From the NCBI GenBank assembly GCA_963740355.1, contig CAVUDW010000003.1, forward strand, positions 64,001 to 128,000: 64,000 nt of DNA, written 5' to 3'. Within the stretch, counting starts at the first letter, position 1. Every line of letters starts with the position of its first letter. The DNA comes from an uncultured Gemmatimonadaceae bacterium (GTDB lineage Bacteria; Gemmatimonadota; Gemmatimonadetes; Gemmatimonadales; Gemmatimonadaceae). Shown here piece after piece: positions 50,663-60,016 of the stretch. The translations under genes were made by a program, and so were the position numbers. The notes under the pieces are model-generated. The model searched no databases and was not told where the DNA came from. It saw only the letters and a program-made list of their open reading frames with translations.

Positions 50663-53542
50663 TTACCGCGTCCGTGATGCCGCCGACAGTCGCGCGCGCA
50701 GTTCTGCCTTCCAGTTCAACACCACGATCGTTTCCGGTGACGCATCCTGCATGGGCGCGATCATCACGAAGTGTCGCCCATCGGGCGTGACGTCGAAGTT
50801 GCGGTGCGGCATGGGCATGTCGCCATCGAAGGTGTCGACGAACACCATGTGCCGCGACGTCACGGCGCGCGACGGGGCACGGGAGATCGTGGCGGACATC
50901 ATCTTCCGGTCACCCCGGTAGAACACGCGGTTGCCATCGGCCGACCAGACGGGTTCGGTGCCGCCGGAGTCCGAGACCTGAATCGGCGCGCCGGGGCCCG
51001 GAAATGGTCGCATGTAGATCTCATAGCGCCCCGATTCGCTGGCGGCGTAGACGAGCCACCTGCCGTCCGGTGACAGGTCGGGCATGAAGGCATCGTACGG
51101 GCCGACCACCACCGGGCTCGGCGTGCCGCTCGGGGCGGCGGCAGCCTGCCAGATGCTCCAGACACCGTTGATGCGCCGCTGAAAGAGCAGGACGTCGCCA
51201 CTTCGCGTCGGGCTGGCCGCAAACGCACCGGACGCTGCCAGCAGGCGAGCGCCATCACCGCCACCGACAATCGAGCCTTCCCACAACGCATCCTGCGAAC
51301 CGCGAGTGGACGCGTACACGAAGTGCTGGCCAGCGCGTGTGAACGCGGGCCCGACGATCGTGCCGGACCTGGTGAGGCGCGTCGCCGTCCCCGTCGCGAG
51401 ATCGTAGAGCAGCGCGTCATTGCCTTCCGCAGTCAGCGCCTGCACGATCACCTGCCTGCCGTCCGGCGAAACGCGCGGGTTCATATACCCGCCACTGCGG
51501 CCCGCGCTCACCGGCGTCACACGACCGGTGGTATCGACCAGCACCGGAGCATTGCCTGGTCGCGCACGCCGCGTGTACAGCAGGGTGCCATTGCTGGCGA
51601 GGTTCGCGCTGCCGATGCCGCCCCCCTCCTGCTCCAGCACAACGATCGGCGTCCCCGTGACGAGACCCTGCTCCAGATCGAGCGGCGCCGCCATCAGCGC
51701 GCGACCATCCTCGCTGATGTAGAGCAGCCATCCTTCCACGAAGGCAAACGCTTGCGCCCCCCGGATTCCAAGCGGGACATACCGGGAAGGCCGCGAGACG
51801 TCCTTGTCGAAGCGCGCCAGCGACAACTCGCCAAGGTGCGCGCCGGGCCCCGATCGATTCTGTGCCGCCGTGAACACAATCGTGCGACCGTCGCCCAGCG
51901 ACAGCGGCACCTGATGCATCGTGTCATGCCGCAGCGTATCGAGCCACGTCAGCATCTGGGACGCACCGCCCGAGACGGGAATCCACGTCAGCCCCTGCTG
52001 CCCATAGCTGTCCACGATCAACACACTGTCACCCATCCATCCCACGTCGCTGTAGCGAAACACGCCCGCGACGTCGCGCAGCCCGCTGCCATCGATGCCA
52101 ATGATGCGGATGCGATCGTCGGCGGTGGTGAATGCGATCTTCGTACCGTCCGGCGATACCCATGTGCTGAGCACACCTTTCGTTCCGGGAAGGGCGTGTG
52201 CCTCGAGCTCATTCACACGACGCACGAACAGTCGCCGACCGGTGGCCGCAGAGCCGGCGTATACGATCGCGGATCCATCGGGAGTGAGGGTCGGCGCACG
52301 TCCAATGGCGGCATCGGCGATCGGCGTCACGACGAATCGTGTTGCCGTCGTGCCGGCCGCTCGCACCTCGTCACGGTGGGTTGAAATGAGCAGCGCCGCG
52401 ATCACGACCAGAGCGGCTGCGGCGAATCCGAGTACGGCCGGACGTGGCATGACCACACGCGGCGGCGCTGCCGACCCGGGGGCGCGCCCGGCGTCGTCCA
52501 GCGCCTCGACGAGGGCACGGGCGGATGGATGCCGATCGACGGCGTGCTTCGCGAGCGCACGATCGATGACCTGCGACACGGCGAGCGGGATCGTGGCGCG
52601 AAGCAGGCTCACCGACGTCGGGGGTTCGGCGCGAACCTTCGCCAGGACACCCTGTGCCGTGCTGGCGACATGCGGCGGATCACCAACCAGCATCTCATAG
52701 AGAATCGCAGCCAGCGCATACACATCGGTGCGGGCGTCGATCACCTTCGCCCCCGAGGCCTGTTCCGGCGACATGTACTGCGGAGTGCCGATCACCACGC
52801 CTTGCTCGGTGCGCCGCGTGCCGTCGATGGCCGCCGTTGCGAGGGCGATGCCGAAATCGCACACCAGCGGCTGCCCCTCGCGCATGAGGATGTTTTCCGG
52901 CTTCAGGTCGCGGTGCACGATTCCGTGGCCGTGCGCATGCTCGAGCGCCGCAGCAACGCCGCGCAGGATCTCCATCGCGTCATCGAGCGACAGCGGGCCG
53001 GTACGTCGCAGGCGTTGACGGAGCGTCTCGCCGTCCACGAACGGCATGACGTAGTAGAACAGGCCATCAGCCGCCCCCGAGTCGAACAGCGGCATCACAT
53101 TCGGGTGCTGTAGTCTGGCCGTGACGCGAACTTCGTCGAGGAAGCGTTCGGCGGTCGCAGCGGATCGCGCATTGGCCTCGTCGACCAGCAGCACCTTGAT
53201 CGCGACGGGTCGACCGTGTCGCACGTCGTCCGCGCGGTACACCGACGCCATCCCGCCGGTCGCGATCCGGTCTCGCACGGCGTAGCGCTCGCCGAGGATC
53301 GCCTGCAGCTGGCGCCTGACCGGGTCGGGCGCCGCCGTCAGTTCGAGAAAACCGTCGAGTCGATCATGCGCCGCCAAGAGGGAACGCACATCTGCAATCA
53401 GCGCGTCATCGCCGACGGTCGCGCCGATGATGAACGCGTCGCGCTCCGAGGCCCGCAGGTCGAGTGCCGCATCGAAGAGTGCCGAGGCGCGTTCATATCG
53501 TTCACGTGCCGCCGTCGTCTCGGCATCGCGCGCGTCACTCAT
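50663..53542 (-). CDS. Membrane Ser/Thr kinase with extracytoplasmic PD40/TolB-like beta-propeller
   Basis: 959 aa; HRDLKPEN, DFG, YMSPEQ; TM AVLGFAAAALVVIAALLI; repeated SPDG motifs; ATGA overlap with the ECF gene. Confidence 0.92.
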   Translation of the reverse strand: MSDARDAETTAARERYERASALFDAALDLRASERDAFIIGATVGDDALIADVRSLLAAHDRLDGFLELTAAPDPVRRQLQAILGERYAVRDRIATGGMASVYRADDVRHGRPVAIKVLLVDEANARSAATAERFLDEVRVTARLQHPNVMPLFDSGAADGLFYYVMPFVDGETLRQRLRRTGPLSLDDAMEILRGVAAALEHAHGHGIVHRDLKPENILMREGQPLVCDFGIALATAAIDGTRRTEQGVVIGTPQYMSPEQASGAKVIDARTDVYALAAILYEMLVGDPPHVASTAQGVLAKVRAEPPTSVSLLRATIPLAVSQVIDRALAKHAVDRHPSARALVEALDDAGRAPGSAAPPRVVMPRPAVLGFAAAALVVIAALLISTHRDEVRAAGTTATRFVVTPIADAAIGRAPTLTPDGSAIVYAGSAATGRRLFVRRVNELEAHALPGTKGVLSTWVSPDGTKIAFTTADDRIRIIGIDGSGLRDVAGVFRYSDVGWMGDSVLIVDSYGQQGLTWIPVSGGASQMLTWLDTLRHDTMHQVPLSLGDGRTIVFTAAQNRSGPGAHLGELSLARFDKDVSRPSRYVPLGIRGAQAFAFVEGWLLYISEDGRALMAAPLDLEQGLVTGTPIVVLEQEGGGIGSANLASNGTLLYTRRARPGNAPVLVDTTGRVTPVSAGRSGGYMNPRVSPDGRQVIVQALTAEGNDALLYDLATGTATRLTRSGTIVGPAFTRAGQHFVYASTRGSQDALWEGSIVGGGDGARLLAASGAFAASPTRSGDVLLFQRRINGVWSIWQAAAAPSGTPSPVVVGPYDAFMPDLSPDGRWLVYAASESGRYEIYMRPFPGPGAPIQVSDSGGTEPVWSADGNRVFYRGDRKMMSATISRAPSRAVTSRHMVFVDTFDGDMPMPHRNFDVTPDGRHFVMIAPMQDASPETIVVLNWKAELRARLSAASRTR

Positions 53543-54123
53543 CGCGTGCCCTCATCGTGCAGTTCGCGGAAGAGCCAACTGCGCGCCTTCGCCCAGTCCC
53601 GCTTGACGGTGCGCAGGCCGACACCAAGCGCCACCGCGGTCTCCTCCTCGTTCAAACCACCGAAAAAGCGACACTCGACCACTTTCGCCTGCCGCTGATC
53701 GAGGACCGCCAGCCGCGCGAGGGCTTCGTCGAGGTCGACCAGCGAGGTGGCCTGATCATCGAGGATCACGGCTCGGTTCAGGTCCGACGCTTCCAGGGAC
53801 AGCGGCACCGCGGCACCACCTCGCTTGGCTGCGTTCGTCCGGCGCGCGTACTCGACGAGGATGCGTCGCATCGCAGTCGCGGCAATGGCAAGGAAATGCG
53901 ATCGATCCTCGAATGCGCCGCGTGCACCATCGCTCAGGCGCAGGTAGGCCTCATGCACCAGGGCGCCCGTTTCGAGGGTGTGACCCACCGCCTCACGCCG
54001 CAACTGCGCGCGGGCAAGGCTTCGCAGTTCGTCATAGACGAGGGCGAACGCGGCATCGAAGGCGAGGGCATCCCCGTCTGCCGCGCGTCGCAGCCACTCC
54101 GTGACGGCACCAGCCTCAGTCAT
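53539..54123 (-). CDS. ECF sigma factor, kinase-associated (TIGR02999-like)
   Basis: VYDELRSLA, HTLETGALVHEAYLRL, AMRRILVEYAR, KRGG, VVECRFFGGL, TVKRDW; start at ATG 54123. Confidence 0.92.
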   Translation of the reverse strand: MTEAGAVTEWLRRAADGDALAFDAAFALVYDELRSLARAQLRREAVGHTLETGALVHEAYLRLSDGARGAFEDRSHFLAIAATAMRRILVEYARRTNAAKRGGAAVPLSLEASDLNRAVILDDQATSLVDLDEALARLAVLDQRQAKVVECRFFGGLNEEETAVALGVGLRTVKRDWAKARSWLFRELHDEGTR

Positions 54124-54131
54124 CGGTTCGA

Positions 54132-54164
54132 TGGCTCGATTGCCGTGCGCTTCGCGCAGGGGAA
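54132..54164 (+). promoter_or_regulatory. Candidate ECF-dependent promoter, copy 1 (facing the haloperoxidase)
   Basis: TGGCTC-N17-CGCA-GGGGAA; same spacing as copy 2. Confidence 0.4.
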
Positions 54165-54269
54165 CAGGAAGGCAGCTGGGGCGGATTCGACCGGGGCTGC
54201 AAACCCGGCAGCCGAATTCCCCTCGCACCCACCGTCGCCAACGTCGTCCCGCCACTGCTGAGTCATCCC

Positions 54270-55472
54270 ATGCATAACCGAATCGTACTCCTTGTGACCT
54301 CGCTTGTCCTGATCGCGGGCTGCAGCGACAGTCCTGCCGATCCTTCCAACGCCGCCGAGGGTCGCACGCTCTCGCCAGGGGAAGTGACGGCCACCGACCG
54401 CTGGATGCGAGTGACCCGTGCCATCACTGGCCGACGGGAGATCGGGAGCCCCCTGTTCATTTCGCGCAACTTTGCGCTCGTCGCGGTGGCAGAATACAAC
54501 GCCGCCGTCACGGCTGGTGGTACATCAGCTGTTGGTGGGAAGCGGCCGTCTGAGGCTGGCGCGGTCGCCGGTGCATCGGCGGCAGTCCTCCGGGCGCTGT
54601 ATGCGGCGGAGGACACGGCGGTGACGGCGCAGTTGGCGTCGGACCGGACCTATTTCGCGAGCATCGTCGGCGAATCGACCTACGACTTTGCGGCTGGTGA
54701 AGCGATCGGCCAGCAGATTGCGGCGCAGGTGCTGGCGCGCGCCAGCACCGACCGGACCAACGCGGTGTGGACCGGATCGATCCCGACAGGTCCCGGGAAC
54801 TGGTTGAATGCGGCGGCACCCGCGCAGCCAGTGGCACCGCTCTGGGGCCAGTCGAAGGCATGGTTTCTTGCAGCGGGCAACCAGTTCCGGCCCGCCGCGC
54901 CGCCATCGATCACCTCACCAGAGTACGCGACTGCCCTCGCCGAGGTGAAAACGCTGGCGGCCGGGCGAACAGCCGAGCAGCTGACGCTGGCGCAGTTCTG
55001 GCAATTTGCGTCAGGTCCCGCGGGGCCGATCGGCCACTTCACCGAGGTGGCTGGTGGCCTCACCGCCGCCGCACAGTACAACGAGCGCCGGACGGCACGC
55101 GTGTACGCACTGCTGCACATGGCAATGCTCGATGCCACGATCAGCTGCTGGGATGCCAAGTACGCGTACTGGTTCATCCGTCCATTTCAGGCGGACGCCG
55201 CAATCTCGACGCCAGTGGGCCGTCCGAACTTTCCGTCGTATCCATCGGCGCACAGCTGCATTACTGGTGCTGCAGCTGGCGTACTGACCGGTTTGTTCCC
55301 GACGGCCAAGCCCGCGCTCGATGCGAAGCTCGTCGACGCGGGCGTGTCGCGAATCTACGCGGGGCTGCACTTCCGGTTCGACATCACCGCCGGCAATGAC
55401 ATCGGCGCCAAGGTGTCGGCGCTCGCGTTGACGCACATCCCTGCCTCGAACTCGGCGATCCCGCTGCAGTAG
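54270..55472 (+). CDS. Vanadium haloperoxidase / PAP2-superfamily lipoprotein
   Basis: Lipobox IAGC; KYAYWFIRP (KxxxxxxRP), PSYPSAH, SRIYAGLHFRFD. Confidence 0.85.
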   Translation: MHNRIVLLVTSLVLIAGCSDSPADPSNAAEGRTLSPGEVTATDRWMRVTRAITGRREIGSPLFISRNFALVAVAEYNAAVTAGGTSAVGGKRPSEAGAVAGASAAVLRALYAAEDTAVTAQLASDRTYFASIVGESTYDFAAGEAIGQQIAAQVLARASTDRTNAVWTGSIPTGPGNWLNAAAPAQPVAPLWGQSKAWFLAAGNQFRPAAPPSITSPEYATALAEVKTLAAGRTAEQLTLAQFWQFASGPAGPIGHFTEVAGGLTAAAQYNERRTARVYALLHMAMLDATISCWDAKYAYWFIRPFQADAAISTPVGRPNFPSYPSAHSCITGAAAGVLTGLFPTAKPALDAKLVDAGVSRIYAGLHFRFDITAGNDIGAKVSALALTHIPASNSAIPLQ

Positions 55473-55488
55473 CTCGCACGCGGGCAGC

Positions 55489-56133
55489 TCATTTCGCGGT
55501 ACTCGCCCACGAGGCGTCTATGAGTTGCAATGTGATACGAATGTTCGACGCTGCGCCCTGGCTGCGGTTCGGCAGGTCGTCGTCCGTCTGGTAGAAGGCG
55601 GTGAGCGCGGTCCGAGGTCCGCCCTGGTCATAGGCAAGCGCCGGTGCAACGGCGGGCCCCCAGCCAAGCGCGTACGGTGCGGTGGATTTCGCGTCGCTGG
55701 CCGGGCCGTAGCGCCGGATCATGATCGTCCGAAACGTTTCCCCATCGATGTACGGGAAGACCCGTTCGATCCGGATCTCGCGCACGACGTCGTCGACATC
55801 GAGAAAGGCTGTCACGCAGACGTTGCCCGCTTCGCCGCCGGTCCGCCGCCCCGGGACAGTGGCGCAGCCCTTCGCGTTGACCTCGAGGGCCGCAGCGTAG
55901 CCGGGATACCAATCCTGCCGTCGGCTCACCCGATCGGCCTTGCCGAAGAGCCGCATCAGGGTGGTTGCGAAGTGCCGGGCCGAGCCACCAACCCGCAAGC
56001 CGGCGACACTCAGGCGGCGCGCATCGAACGACGCCGGCGCCACCACTGTGTCCACCGGAACGACTGGCTGGGCGCCGAGGCGCGCTGCCGCTGCGAAGAT
56101 CATCAGGCACGCGGTCGTCGCGCGGTTTCTCAC
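55489..56133 (-). CDS. Secreted hypothetical protein
   Basis: 214 aa; signal-like N-terminus; GTGA overlap with the upstream lipoprotein gene. Confidence 0.7.
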   Translation of the reverse strand: MRNRATTACLMIFAAAARLGAQPVVPVDTVVAPASFDARRLSVAGLRVGGSARHFATTLMRLFGKADRVSRRQDWYPGYAAALEVNAKGCATVPGRRTGGEAGNVCVTAFLDVDDVVREIRIERVFPYIDGETFRTIMIRRYGPASDAKSTAPYALGWGPAVAPALAYDQGGPRTALTAFYQTDDDLPNRSQGAASNIRITLQLIDASWASTAK

Positions 56134-56558
56134 CGAATTTTCTCGTCGCGTCGCTTGCGCAATGGCATCGTTTCGCCGGACGCGAACTTGAGCCGCATGG
56201 CGTTGCCGGACGGGGCCAACGTCGCGTCGATCCCGCCGGAGAGGGTCAGCGGCTGCCCACCATCGGGGGCCTTGCCGCCGTGCGTGACCTGCATGCCGGC
56301 GAAGGTTTCGTCTCCGTCCACGACCAGCACATGCGTGCCACTGACGAAGGCCAGCAGCGCCGCCGAGGCTGCGGACTGGCTACCGGCGCTGTCGAGGACC
56401 CAGACATCTCCAGATCGTGACGGCACTCCCGTAGCCTCGTTCGAGTCGCCGCCCGCCTCGGAACAGGCTGCGAGGGCCATCAGACCACACGCCGCCAGCG
56501 CGCCGTGCACCGGGAAGGTCGGGTACCGGCTCGCTGCGCGGAGTTGGCGCTGTGCCAT
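56130..56558 (-). CDS. Hypothetical lipoprotein
   Basis: 142 aa; lipobox LAAC-S; beta-rich mature part. Confidence 0.68.
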   Translation of the reverse strand: MAQRQLRAASRYPTFPVHGALAACGLMALAACSEAGGDSNEATGVPSRSGDVWVLDSAGSQSAASAALLAFVSGTHVLVVDGDETFAGMQVTHGGKAPDGGQPLTLSGGIDATLAPSGNAMRLKFASGETMPLRKRRDEKIR

Positions 56559-56629
56559 GAGCCCTTGTAGCCTTGGGTGGAGGTGGCCTGGGTCTGCGTC
56601 CGCCCGATTGGGCGACCTGTCTCATTCAC

Positions 56630-56664
56630 TTCCCCATTGCGCCGGACTGCGGAGAAAACCGTCA
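56630..56664 (-). promoter_or_regulatory. Candidate ECF-dependent promoter, copy 2 (facing the two secreted hypotheticals)
   Basis: Minus strand TGACGG-N17-CGCA-AT-GGGGAA, overlapping the ECF start codon. Confidence 0.4.
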
Positions 56665-57239
56665 TGGGGTCGACAGACGCTGAAGGCGCACAGCAGCCTA
56701 CACATTCCGCCGGCAGTGTCGACGCGGATCGTGCGGCGCTCGATGCGGTTTTCAGTCTGGCATACGAAGAGCTGCGTCGCCTGGCATCGCTGGTGCGACG
56801 CGACGATCCCAACGCCTCGCTCAGTCCAACGACGCTCGTCAACGAAGCATGGCTCCGGCTGGCCGCCACACCCTCGATAGCGCATACATCGCCGTTGCAC
56901 TTTCGGCGGATCGCGGCGCGAGCGATGCGACAGGTGCTGGTGGATGTGGCGCGTCGGCGGCACGCCGAAAAGCGCGGTGGACCGGAGGCGATGGCGATCA
57001 CGCTCGAGGACGAACTCTTCGCCCCTGCAGGCAGCGCGGAGCTGCTCGCCCTCGACTCGGCCCTCGATCACCTGGCGCGACTCAATCCGCGCCAGGCGCA
57101 GATGGTGGAGTGCCGGTTCTTTGGCGGGCTGGATGTCGCGGAGACGGCGCAGCTGCTCGGCATTTCGGAGGCCACCGTGCTGCGCGACTGGCGTGCAGCA
57201 CGTGCCTGGCTCGCCACGGAATTGCGCGACACCGGCTGA
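56664..57239 (+). CDS. ECF sigma factor, kinase-associated (TIGR02999-like)
   Basis: AYEELRRLA, SLSPTTLVNEAWLRL, AMRQVLVDVAR, KRGG, VECRFFGGL, TVLRDW; start at ATG 56664. Confidence 0.92.
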   Translation: MGSTDAEGAQQPTHSAGSVDADRAALDAVFSLAYEELRRLASLVRRDDPNASLSPTTLVNEAWLRLAATPSIAHTSPLHFRRIAARAMRQVLVDVARRRHAEKRGGPEAMAITLEDELFAPAGSAELLALDSALDHLARLNPRQAQMVECRFFGGLDVAETAQLLGISEATVLRDWRAARAWLATELRDTG

Positions 57240-57337
57240 CCGCGCGCACGTGCGCTACTCTCGACTGACGCGCGACACTCGACGCAGACGATCCGCCCCA
57301 GCCACACGACGCCCCGGGAGCACAGGTTGACGGAGCC

Positions 57338-60001
57338 ATGATGGATAGCGAGCCGCGAGCCGAGATGGATGCCGAGCGTTGGTCGCTCGTGCAGCAGCTC
57401 TTCCATGACGCCAGCGAGCAGCCGTTGGCGGAGCGCGACGCGTTCCTGCAGACGGCCACCGCCGGCGACGCCGAGCTGGCGGCACAGGTGCTGGCGATGC
57501 TCCGGGCCGATGCAGACAGCGATTCGATGCTGGATCTCGGTCTCGCGCCAACGGCCCGGAGAATTCTCGAAACCGAACGTGGCGCGCTGCCACCGGAAAC
57601 GATGTTCGGCCCCTACCGGCTGGTGCGACAGATCGGCGAAGGCGGCATGGCGGTGGTCTATCTCGCCTCGCGCGAGGACCTCGGCAGCACCGCCGCCGTG
57701 AAGCTGCTGCATCATGCGTGGCTCTCTCCCGCGCGACGCGACCGATTTGCCAGCGAGCAGCGGACACTGGCACGACTGAACCATCCGGGCATCGCGCACC
57801 TCTACGACGCCGGTGCGCTGGGCGATGGCACGCCGTGGATTGCGATGGAGTACGTGGATGGCGAGACGTTGACCGCATACTGCCAGACACGCGCGTTGTC
57901 GATCGACGACCGGCTTCGGCTCTTCCGTGATGTCTGCGACGCGGTGCAGCACGCGCATGCACACCTCGTCATCCATCGTGACCTGAAGCCGTCGAACATC
58001 CTGGTGACACCGGAAGGACGAGTGAAGCTGCTCGACTTCGGCATCGCCAAGCAGCTCGAGGCAAGTGACGCCGACGCGTCACGGACGCGCACCGGCCTGC
58101 AATTGATGACGCCAGCCTACGCCGCCCCGGAGCAGGTGCGAGGTGAGCTGACGGGCGTGTACACCGACGTGTACGCGTTGGGCGTGGTGCTGTACGAACT
58201 CCTTGCCGGCAAGCTGCCGTTCGACCTCACAGGTCGCACTCCTGGCGAAGCGGAAGCGTTGATCCTTGGCACGCCGCCTGACCGGCCGTCCATCGCCGCG
58301 CGAGCCTCGACGGGTGGCAGCGATGCCGGCACCGCCGCGTGGGCGGATCTCGATGTGCTCTGCCTGACCGCCATGCACCATGAGCCAGCGCGGCGGTATC
58401 GCAGCGTGGATGCATTGGTGCGGGACGTCGATCATTACCTGCGCAAGGAACCACTCGAGGCGCGCCCGGACTCAGCTGGATATCGGCTGGGCAAGTTCGC
58501 ACGACGGCATCGCAGCACCGTTGCCGCAGGTGCGGTGGTGCTGGCCGTGGTGATCGGTCTCAGCACGCTGTACGCCATTCGCATCAGTGCAGCGCGCGAC
58601 ACGGCGGTCACCGAGGCGGATCGGGCGCAGCGCATCCAGCGATTCACGCTGAGCCTGTTCGAAGGCGGTGAGCAGAGCAGCGAGCCTGGTGACTCACTTC
58701 GCGCGGTGACGTTGGTGGAGCGCGGCGTCGTGGAGGCCGCGACCCTCGCAGCGGACCCAGTGGTGCAAGCAGAACTGTACCAGACGCTGGGCGGGATCTT
58801 CCAGAAGCTTGGTCGCCTCGATCGCGCCGATACGCTGCTGCAGCGCTCACTGGTGTCGCGGCGAATGCTGTCACCGAACCATCCGGATGTGGCGCGGTCG
58901 CTGGTGGCACTTGGCCTGCTGCGAGTGGAACAGGCGCGCCTGCCGGAAGGCGAACAATTGGTGCGTGAGGGACTGGCCCTCAGCAGAAGAGTACGCGAAC
59001 CGGGGCACCGTGATATCGCGGTCGCGACCAGTGCGCTTGGACGTGTGTTGGAGGAACGCGCGACTTACGCCGATGCGATCACCGTGATGCGCGAGGCATT
59101 GAAGCTCCACGCGGCCATCGCGCCAGTCTCGCCCGATGTTGCCGCGGCCGCGACGCAACTCGGCAACGACTATTTCTATGCCGGTGACTACGTCGGGGCC
59201 GACTCACTCTTCCGGCGCAGCCTGGCAGTGGCACGCGACCTCTACGGCGACCGGCATCCACTGGTCGCCGACGCCCTGGTGAACCTGGGCGCTGTTCGAT
59301 TCCAGCGGGGTGACTACGCCGAGGCGGAGCGATTGGACCGCGAAGGCCTCGAGATCATCCAACGGGTGTACGGGCCAGATCATCCGCGCACTGCGGCTGC
59401 CCTGACGATGCTCGGCCGCTCACTGGTGGCCGAGAGTCGGTTCAATGATGCCGTGCCGCTGGTGAAGCAGGCGCTCGCAATCCAGGAGCGGGTCTATGGC
59501 CCGGTCAGCCCGAAGGTCGCCTCGACCGTCAACGAACTCGGGATCATTGCGCTGCGCGAGAAAAAATACGACGACGCCGACGCCTACTTCGCGCGCAATG
59601 CCGACATCTATCGCTTGGTGTACAAGGAGCCACACAACCTGCTCGGCACGGCGCTCGCGAATCGTGGCAGCGTCTATTCCGCGCGCGGTGACAACGTGAT
59701 GGCGGAACGCTACTTCAGGCAGGCGTACGACGTGTTCGTGAAGACGGTCGGTGCCACCCACCTCGATGCCGGCATCGTGCAGGTAAAGCTGGGACGCGTG
59801 CTGCTGCGGCAGCAGCGGTTCGCCGACGGTGCACGGGAGAGCGGTGCCGGGCTCGCCATCCTGCTCGAGCGAACCAGCCCAACGACGAGCTGGGTGAAGA
59901 ATGCGCGCGGCGACCTGGCCCTCATGTACGACTCACTCGGCCAACCGGCCAAGGCCAACGCGATGCGTGCGGCGCTCGCCGACACACTGGCACGCAAGTG
60001 A
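57338..60001 (+). CDS. Membrane Ser/Thr kinase with extracytoplasmic TPR repeats
   Basis: 887 aa; IGEGGMAVVY, HRDLKPSN, DFG, YAAPEQ; TM VAAGAVVLAVVIGL; TPR repeats (HPxVAxxLxxLG). Confidence 0.93.
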   Translation: MMDSEPRAEMDAERWSLVQQLFHDASEQPLAERDAFLQTATAGDAELAAQVLAMLRADADSDSMLDLGLAPTARRILETERGALPPETMFGPYRLVRQIGEGGMAVVYLASREDLGSTAAVKLLHHAWLSPARRDRFASEQRTLARLNHPGIAHLYDAGALGDGTPWIAMEYVDGETLTAYCQTRALSIDDRLRLFRDVCDAVQHAHAHLVIHRDLKPSNILVTPEGRVKLLDFGIAKQLEASDADASRTRTGLQLMTPAYAAPEQVRGELTGVYTDVYALGVVLYELLAGKLPFDLTGRTPGEAEALILGTPPDRPSIAARASTGGSDAGTAAWADLDVLCLTAMHHEPARRYRSVDALVRDVDHYLRKEPLEARPDSAGYRLGKFARRHRSTVAAGAVVLAVVIGLSTLYAIRISAARDTAVTEADRAQRIQRFTLSLFEGGEQSSEPGDSLRAVTLVERGVVEAATLAADPVVQAELYQTLGGIFQKLGRLDRADTLLQRSLVSRRMLSPNHPDVARSLVALGLLRVEQARLPEGEQLVREGLALSRRVREPGHRDIAVATSALGRVLEERATYADAITVMREALKLHAAIAPVSPDVAAAATQLGNDYFYAGDYVGADSLFRRSLAVARDLYGDRHPLVADALVNLGAVRFQRGDYAEAERLDREGLEIIQRVYGPDHPRTAAALTMLGRSLVAESRFNDAVPLVKQALAIQERVYGPVSPKVASTVNELGIIALREKKYDDADAYFARNADIYRLVYKEPHNLLGTALANRGSVYSARGDNVMAERYFRQAYDVFVKTVGATHLDAGIVQVKLGRVLLRQQRFADGARESGAGLAILLERTSPTTSWVKNARGDLALMYDSLGQPAKANAMRAALADTLARK

Positions 60002-60016
60002 CGCCCGATCGACGCG

